A stretch of DNA of 63,408 nucleotides, counting the filler, from Salisapilia sapeloensis CBS 127946 (Eukaryota > Protista > Oomycota): assembly GCA_023334545.1 (NCBI GenBank). It is 10 parts of 10 records of this genome, joined end to end, with 100 filler letters (N's around TTAATTAATTAA, not from the genome) between each part and the next. Parts side by side here need not be neighbours in the genome. Positions count along the whole stretch, not along the records: positions 53,619 to 62,163 come from JAADVB010000486.1; positions 62,264 to 63,408 come from JAADVB010001286.1; 8 more parts are not named here. One strand, given 5' to 3'. Of this stretch, positions 58,669 to 63,408 are shown one piece after another (the stretch's first letter is position 1; each line of letters opens with the position of its first letter). The position numbers were made by a program, and so were the translations under genes. The notes under the pieces are model-generated. The model was not told where the DNA came from. It was given only the letters and a program-made list of their open reading frames with translations, and searched no databases.

Positions 58669-59022
58669 AGAACACGACTTGAGTAATCCCCGTCGGGTTA
58701 GCTCCAACTCCTCCGAAGAGAAGAGACGGCGGCAGCACGACGTCTACCAAATGCCATCGAGCCAATTGCATGACTGTTAGTATAACCATCCGGCCCACGG
58801 ACAACCGATCCCACCTTCCTGCCGAAGCAGTTGGGTGAGAATACTCCTGCCGCGTCGTACGAATACAACTCGGCCATCTTCGCACTCGGTCGTCGTCGGG
58901 CGCTTTACGCTATCACGCTGACCCTCTCGGTCCTGGTGTTCGGGGAATTTCCCCAAGCCGGCCGCCGTCCTACGAGAGGAAGCGACGGCCCCGCTCGACT
59001 CTGCAATTCTAAATCGCGTTCT
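58669..59022 (-). ncRNA. RMRP: RNase MRP RNA (about 354 nt)
   Basis: CR-I GGGGAAATTCCCCG (58954-58941) pairs with CR-V CGGGGATTA (58692-58684), forming P4. P8 is GACC-GAGAG-GGTC (MRP-diagnostic GARAR loop). CR-IV is AGTCA, P2 is AATTGC/GCAATT, P1 is AGAACGCGATTT/AAGTCGTGTTCT and P3 is GGCCGTCG/CGGCGGCC. There are two C(UUCG)G hairpins. Confidence 0.9.
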
Positions 59023-59482
59023 GAAGCATCTCGACTGGCACGAAGCGGTCGGAGGTCGGGCGAGGACAACCAGTGATTTCAATGCTAGCTTTCATAGGTG
59101 CGTTAAGTGTTACGAACGTAGTCTTCTGGACAAGTTGCAATTTTTGCTGCTGGTGTTAGGTGAGTTGCCGAGATGATTTGAGTTTTTGTATGGAGATTGA
59201 TTACCATAACAGAGAAAATCGTGGACGTTTTATACAACTCGTCTCGGCGTGAGTTCTCCTGACTTCGAGTCTCACTTGGACGCGTGGTCTTCTCTAATCG
59301 ATCTCTCGCTGATGCCATTCTAGGCGCTTACGAATCCGCCGCAAATGCGTCGCGTCATGCTTTCGCAATCAAGGCAAATTTTCACAAATTGCCCTCGAAA
59401 TTGGCTCAGCCTCACAACTCGATTTGCTCGGAGCAGCACAAGAAGATCTCGTTCTTGTTCCTTCCTTCTCTCCCCCTCTAAC

Positions 59483-60952
59483 ATGGCTGAACAATCTGAC
59501 ATTGGACTCTACGGCCTGGCCGTCATGGGCCAGAACTTTGCCCTTAACATGGCCAGCCACGGCTTCCGTGTTTCTGTCTGCAACCGCTCGCACGACAAGG
59601 TCGACGCCACCGTCGCCCGCGCCCAGAGCGAAGGCAACCTCCCTCTCGTCGGATACAAGGACGTGAAGGAGTTCATCCAGTCCCTCTCTCGCCCGCGTAA
59701 GGTCATTATCCTCGTCGTTGCCGGCAAGCCGGTCGACATGACCATCCAGGCGCTTGCGGAGCACATGGAGCCGGGCGACATCATCGTCGACGGCGGTAAC
59801 GAGTGGTTCCCGAACTCGATCCGTCGATCGGAAGAGCTTAAGGAAAAGCAGATCCACTTTGTCGGCATGGGTATCTCTGGCGGTGAGGAAGGTGCCCGCA
59901 ATGGTCCTTCTCTCATGCCTGGCGGACCCAAAGAAGCCTTCGATGCCCTGGAGCCGATCATCACCAAGTGTGCCGCTCAGGTTGACGATGGTGCTTGCAC
60001 CACGTACCTCGGACCCATTGGCAGTGGCAACTACGTCAAGATGGTCCACAACGGTATCGAGTACGGTGATATGCAGCTGATTGCCGAGGCCTACGACATC
60101 CTCAAGAGCGCTGGTGGACTCACCAACGACGAACTCGCCAAGGTCTTTGCCGAGTGGAACGAAGGTGAGCTTGACAGCTTCCTCGTTGAAATTACCGCCC
60201 ACATTTTCACCAAGAAGGACGACTTGGAATCCGACGGCCACCTCGTCGACAAGATCCTTGACAAGACTGGTATGAAGGGTACTGGCCGATGGACCGTGCA
60301 GGAGGCCGCTGAGCGCTCCATTGCTGCCCCGACCATCACGGCGTCGCTCGACACGCGTTACTTGAGCGCTCGCAAGGAAGAGCGTCAGTACGCTTCCAAG
60401 ATTCTCAACGGCCCGACCGAAGTGCCGAGCGTTGACAAGCAGCAGCTCATCGACGATGTCCGTCAGGCTCTTTACGCTTCCAAGATTTGCTCGTACGCGC
60501 AGGGCCTCAACCTCATCCGTGAGGCTGGTATCCAGATGGGCTGGAACGTCGACTTGGGTGAGTGCGCTCGCATCTGGAAGGGCGGCTGCATCATCCGTGC
60601 CAAGTTCCTCGACCGCATTCGTAGCGCCTACGCCAAGGACCCGACGCTTATCTCGCTCCTTGTCGACCCTGAGTTTGCCCAGGAGCTTAACGCTCGCCAG
60701 TACTCGTGGCGCCGTATCGTGTCGCTCGCTGCTGCCAGCGGCACCCCGGTGCCCGCCTTCTCTGCGTCGTTGAACTACTTCGACGCCTTCCGTCGTGACC
60801 GTCTTCCTGCCAACCTGACCCAGGCCCAGCGTGACTTCTTTGGTGGCCACACATACGAGCGTACGGACCGTGAGGGATACTTCCACTGCGAGTGGACGGA
60901 CGCCCACCACAACATTGGTAACGTGTCGGAGCGTATTCGTGGCAACTTGTAA
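59483..60952 (+). CDS. gnd: 6-phosphogluconate dehydrogenase, decarboxylating
   Basis: IGLYGLAVMGQN, GDIIVDGGNE, GISGGEEGARNGPSLMPGG, VKMVHNGIEYGDMQLI, QAQRDFFGGHTY. Strong codon bias. Confidence 0.97.
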   Translation: MAEQSDIGLYGLAVMGQNFALNMASHGFRVSVCNRSHDKVDATVARAQSEGNLPLVGYKDVKEFIQSLSRPRKVIILVVAGKPVDMTIQALAEHMEPGDIIVDGGNEWFPNSIRRSEELKEKQIHFVGMGISGGEEGARNGPSLMPGGPKEAFDALEPIITKCAAQVDDGACTTYLGPIGSGNYVKMVHNGIEYGDMQLIAEAYDILKSAGGLTNDELAKVFAEWNEGELDSFLVEITAHIFTKKDDLESDGHLVDKILDKTGMKGTGRWTVQEAAERSIAAPTITASLDTRYLSARKEERQYASKILNGPTEVPSVDKQQLIDDVRQALYASKICSYAQGLNLIREAGIQMGWNVDLGECARIWKGGCIIRAKFLDRIRSAYAKDPTLISLLVDPEFAQELNARQYSWRRIVSLAAASGTPVPAFSASLNYFDAFRRDRLPANLTQAQRDFFGGHTYERTDREGYFHCEWTDAHHNIGNVSERIRGNL

Positions 60953-62110
60953 TCTGCTGCCAACACCCTTCGATTACCTACCTAAATGAATAGAAACCAT
61001 ACCGTTTCTTATGATTCATCTTTTGCATATATTGTGTTGTTGCATTCGTAAGTAGGCAGTGTCACTTATTGACATGATAACCTCTAGAGCTACCTCAAGA
61101 ATTGCTGATGAATTCGTGAGAGTCGTTACGATGAGTTCGAAAGGATATATCTGATCCTGACGTGTTGTCACTACGGAGGATAACGACAAACGGCCAAAGT
61201 ATAGACAGGAAGACCCAAAGCTACTTGAGTCGAAGGCTTCTTTTTAACTAGCTTTGAGATCTCATCAACAGATATAGCTTACTACTCATCCTTCTCAAGG
61301 TGCATTCGACTATTCCTATCTCTGCTAAAATTAACTATCAGATTTATTACCGTTGATAGATGCAAGCTCCTGATAATACTGGTTCGCGTACTTCTGAAAG
61401 CATTAGCATCCTAGCATCGAGCAGGACACTTTGTTGAAACTCTACTTGGCAAAACATTCGACGTCTGTGCCCGCGTCGATTCCTCCCACTTTTCAAACCT
61501 CGTTTAAGTCTCCACTGTTTAGTAGTGCAATGTATCGAGATCTCTCCGGTCCATCCTAATGATTTATCCCGGTCAGTCCGCATGGCAAAGCCCAAGTTTC
61601 CATACTCTATGTTACTGATTATTTTTAAAGTGGCGGTCAATCCGCTCGACCTTTCACAGATAATTTACTTCTGAAGCATGGTTAATTAAAAGTGGCAAAT
61701 CTTCATATTGCTTTACGCAGAAGAACACATCGAAAGTAGACCTTCAGACACATCTCATGGACGGATTATAGTCAGACGACAATCTCGGCGAAGAAGAGAA
61801 TACCGAAGGCCCTCTAAGTTGCATTCCGGGCTTTTCGCTTTGAAAGGCGCTCTTTGATCATGACTCGACACAGCAGATATTGCATATAACTGCAATTGGA
61901 CAGTCACAAGCATCCAAATGTTCAAATAGACAGTCCACTTTCTGTTTGAGAGATGACATACTATCTAGCACAGGGTAGTCCATACGCGACAGAACCGGGG
62001 TACGTGAGCCGCGCAAGTACCAATTCCCGCCGTATCGTCTTTAACTAAAGAATTCACAGTAAGTATTGGTCGCATTCACAGATTTGCACACTGTCAACCA
62101 CTTCGTTCCC

Positions 62111-62163
62111 ATGACGACCCCTTGGACGGCGGACGCGTACGAAGGATTCCACCTCTCTGAGGA
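62111..62163 (+). CDS. Probable 5' end of a gene, truncated at contig end
   Basis: ATG ACG ACC CCT TGG... preceded by an Inr/FPR-like GCATTCACAGATTTGC. Only 17 codons are visible. Confidence 0.35.
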
Positions 62164-63408
62164 NNNNNNNNNNNNNNNNNNNNNNNNNNNNNNNNNNNNN
62201 NNNNNNNTTAATTAATTAANNNNNNNNNNNNNNNNNNNNNNNNNNNNNNNNNNNNNNNNNNNNGTTTTAATGTGTTACAATTTTAAATGATATAATTTTA
62301 TTCATATAAATTATTGGTGTATTGTAAAATGAATAATAGCTTACATAATAATTGCAACACCTACTTTTTGCATATTGATTTAACAATACATAACTAACTT
62401 ATTTATAATTGTACAACTATACTTAGCTCTTTGTGTTAATGTATAGTATAGCAGAAACCCTATGCGCGATATCTTTCTTTTAAACCTTAATAACTACTTT
62501 TGATATATTAACTCAATTCTGTTTTAGTCTTTGGTTTAGTGGATTTTGAACATCAAAACTTTGTATTCTTTCTTATGTAAAGGTAATTAGATTTGGTGGA
62601 TTTTAAAGCTATTTAATAGAAACTATGACCTAACATACAGTACTTTGGAGTACAGCTCGAGATGTGAACATAATTAGAACAGTAACACAAGCGTTTTTAA
62701 CAATTAATTTTATAGAGGCTTAATAAGAAACGTTGTAAATAAGTATGCTACTGCCATACATTTATTGCAAATATTAATTAGATCCTGTAGCTAAATCCAC
62801 CATGTATAGCTTTACATACATTGCAGAATAGATACAAACGCAAGTCTATTTCAAAAAGAAAGACTTGACGTTGCGAACGATCAGTTTACGTAAGATCCTT
62901 TTGGGAGATAATGGTCAGTATTGCACACACTATGAGCTATACCTATGATTGTATGAATGTTATATTGTCTTGAGTTGTAGAATATTTAAGATTATGTATG
63001 ATAGTTTGCTACTGTGTGCCTGTGGGCTCGATGATCTGGTAAGAGATTTAATATCCCATCCTACTGATTTTGGTGCGAAGACGGTAAGTTTACTAGAACC
63101 GATTTAAGGCATATCAATTTGTTTGGTGTTTACATAGCACCATAATAACTTAATTACTACATCGCACTGTAAATGACGCTTCAGATGAGTGGATGCTACA
63201 GTCCATATACTTTACGCATTACATCGATAAATCACGTATTTAGCTTCCTTTTATTGTGAGAGACTTGGTGAGTACGTTCTAGGTTGATTTTAATTTGACC
63301 GCATTTCTCAGACACACTTGAAAGCAGGGATAATGAACGGTGGAATGTACTTATAATGCGCGCAGATGTGAGACTTGTAAGTGGAAATGTTAAATGAGGT
63401 AGGTTTTA

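Noticed and set aside
58565-59082. ORFs 58565-58885, 58777-59082 and 58831-59076
   Set aside because: They overlap the GC-rich RNase MRP RNA and U14 genes; better explained as structured ncRNA.
59208-59220. ACAGAGA U6-like box
   Set aside because: The U6 context (GATTAGCATGG, 5' stem) is absent.
59369-60910. 513-aa antisense ORF over gnd
   Set aside because: Shadow frame produced by strong C-ending codon bias in gnd; no recognisable protein.

Overview
This is not one continuous locus. Ten assembly contigs are joined by nine artificial 100-bp spacers (44 N + TTAATTAATTAA + 44 N). The DNA comes from a compact eukaryote, most likely an oomycete: it has short (47-76 nt) GT-AG introns, Inr+FPR core promoters and genes packed tens of bp apart. 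Protein genes are mostly housekeeping: UBA3, SMC4, OGT, exportin-5, V-ATPase E, two PIMTs, QSOX, NMT, two 2-hydroxyacid dehydrogenases, SPT/LCB2, NHX, a MATE, ECI1, a GH38 mannosidase and 6PGD. There are also an NCKAP1-like protein, a mucin-like receptor and an unknown multipass membrane protein, plus one tRNA-Ser(AGA). The best signal is invisible to the ORF track: a tight minus-strand ncRNA array at about 58.3-59.0 kb reading RNase MRP RNA, then U14 snoRNA, then a SNORD10-like C/D snoRNA with non-canonical boxes. This may be one rRNA-processing polycistron. Two contigs end in exactly 141-bp perfect inverted duplicates, which points to homogenised inverted gene pairs. A GT31 galactosyltransferase is either pseudogenised or has turned a conserved motif into an intron. 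All family calls rest on motif recognition by eye; no database search was run.
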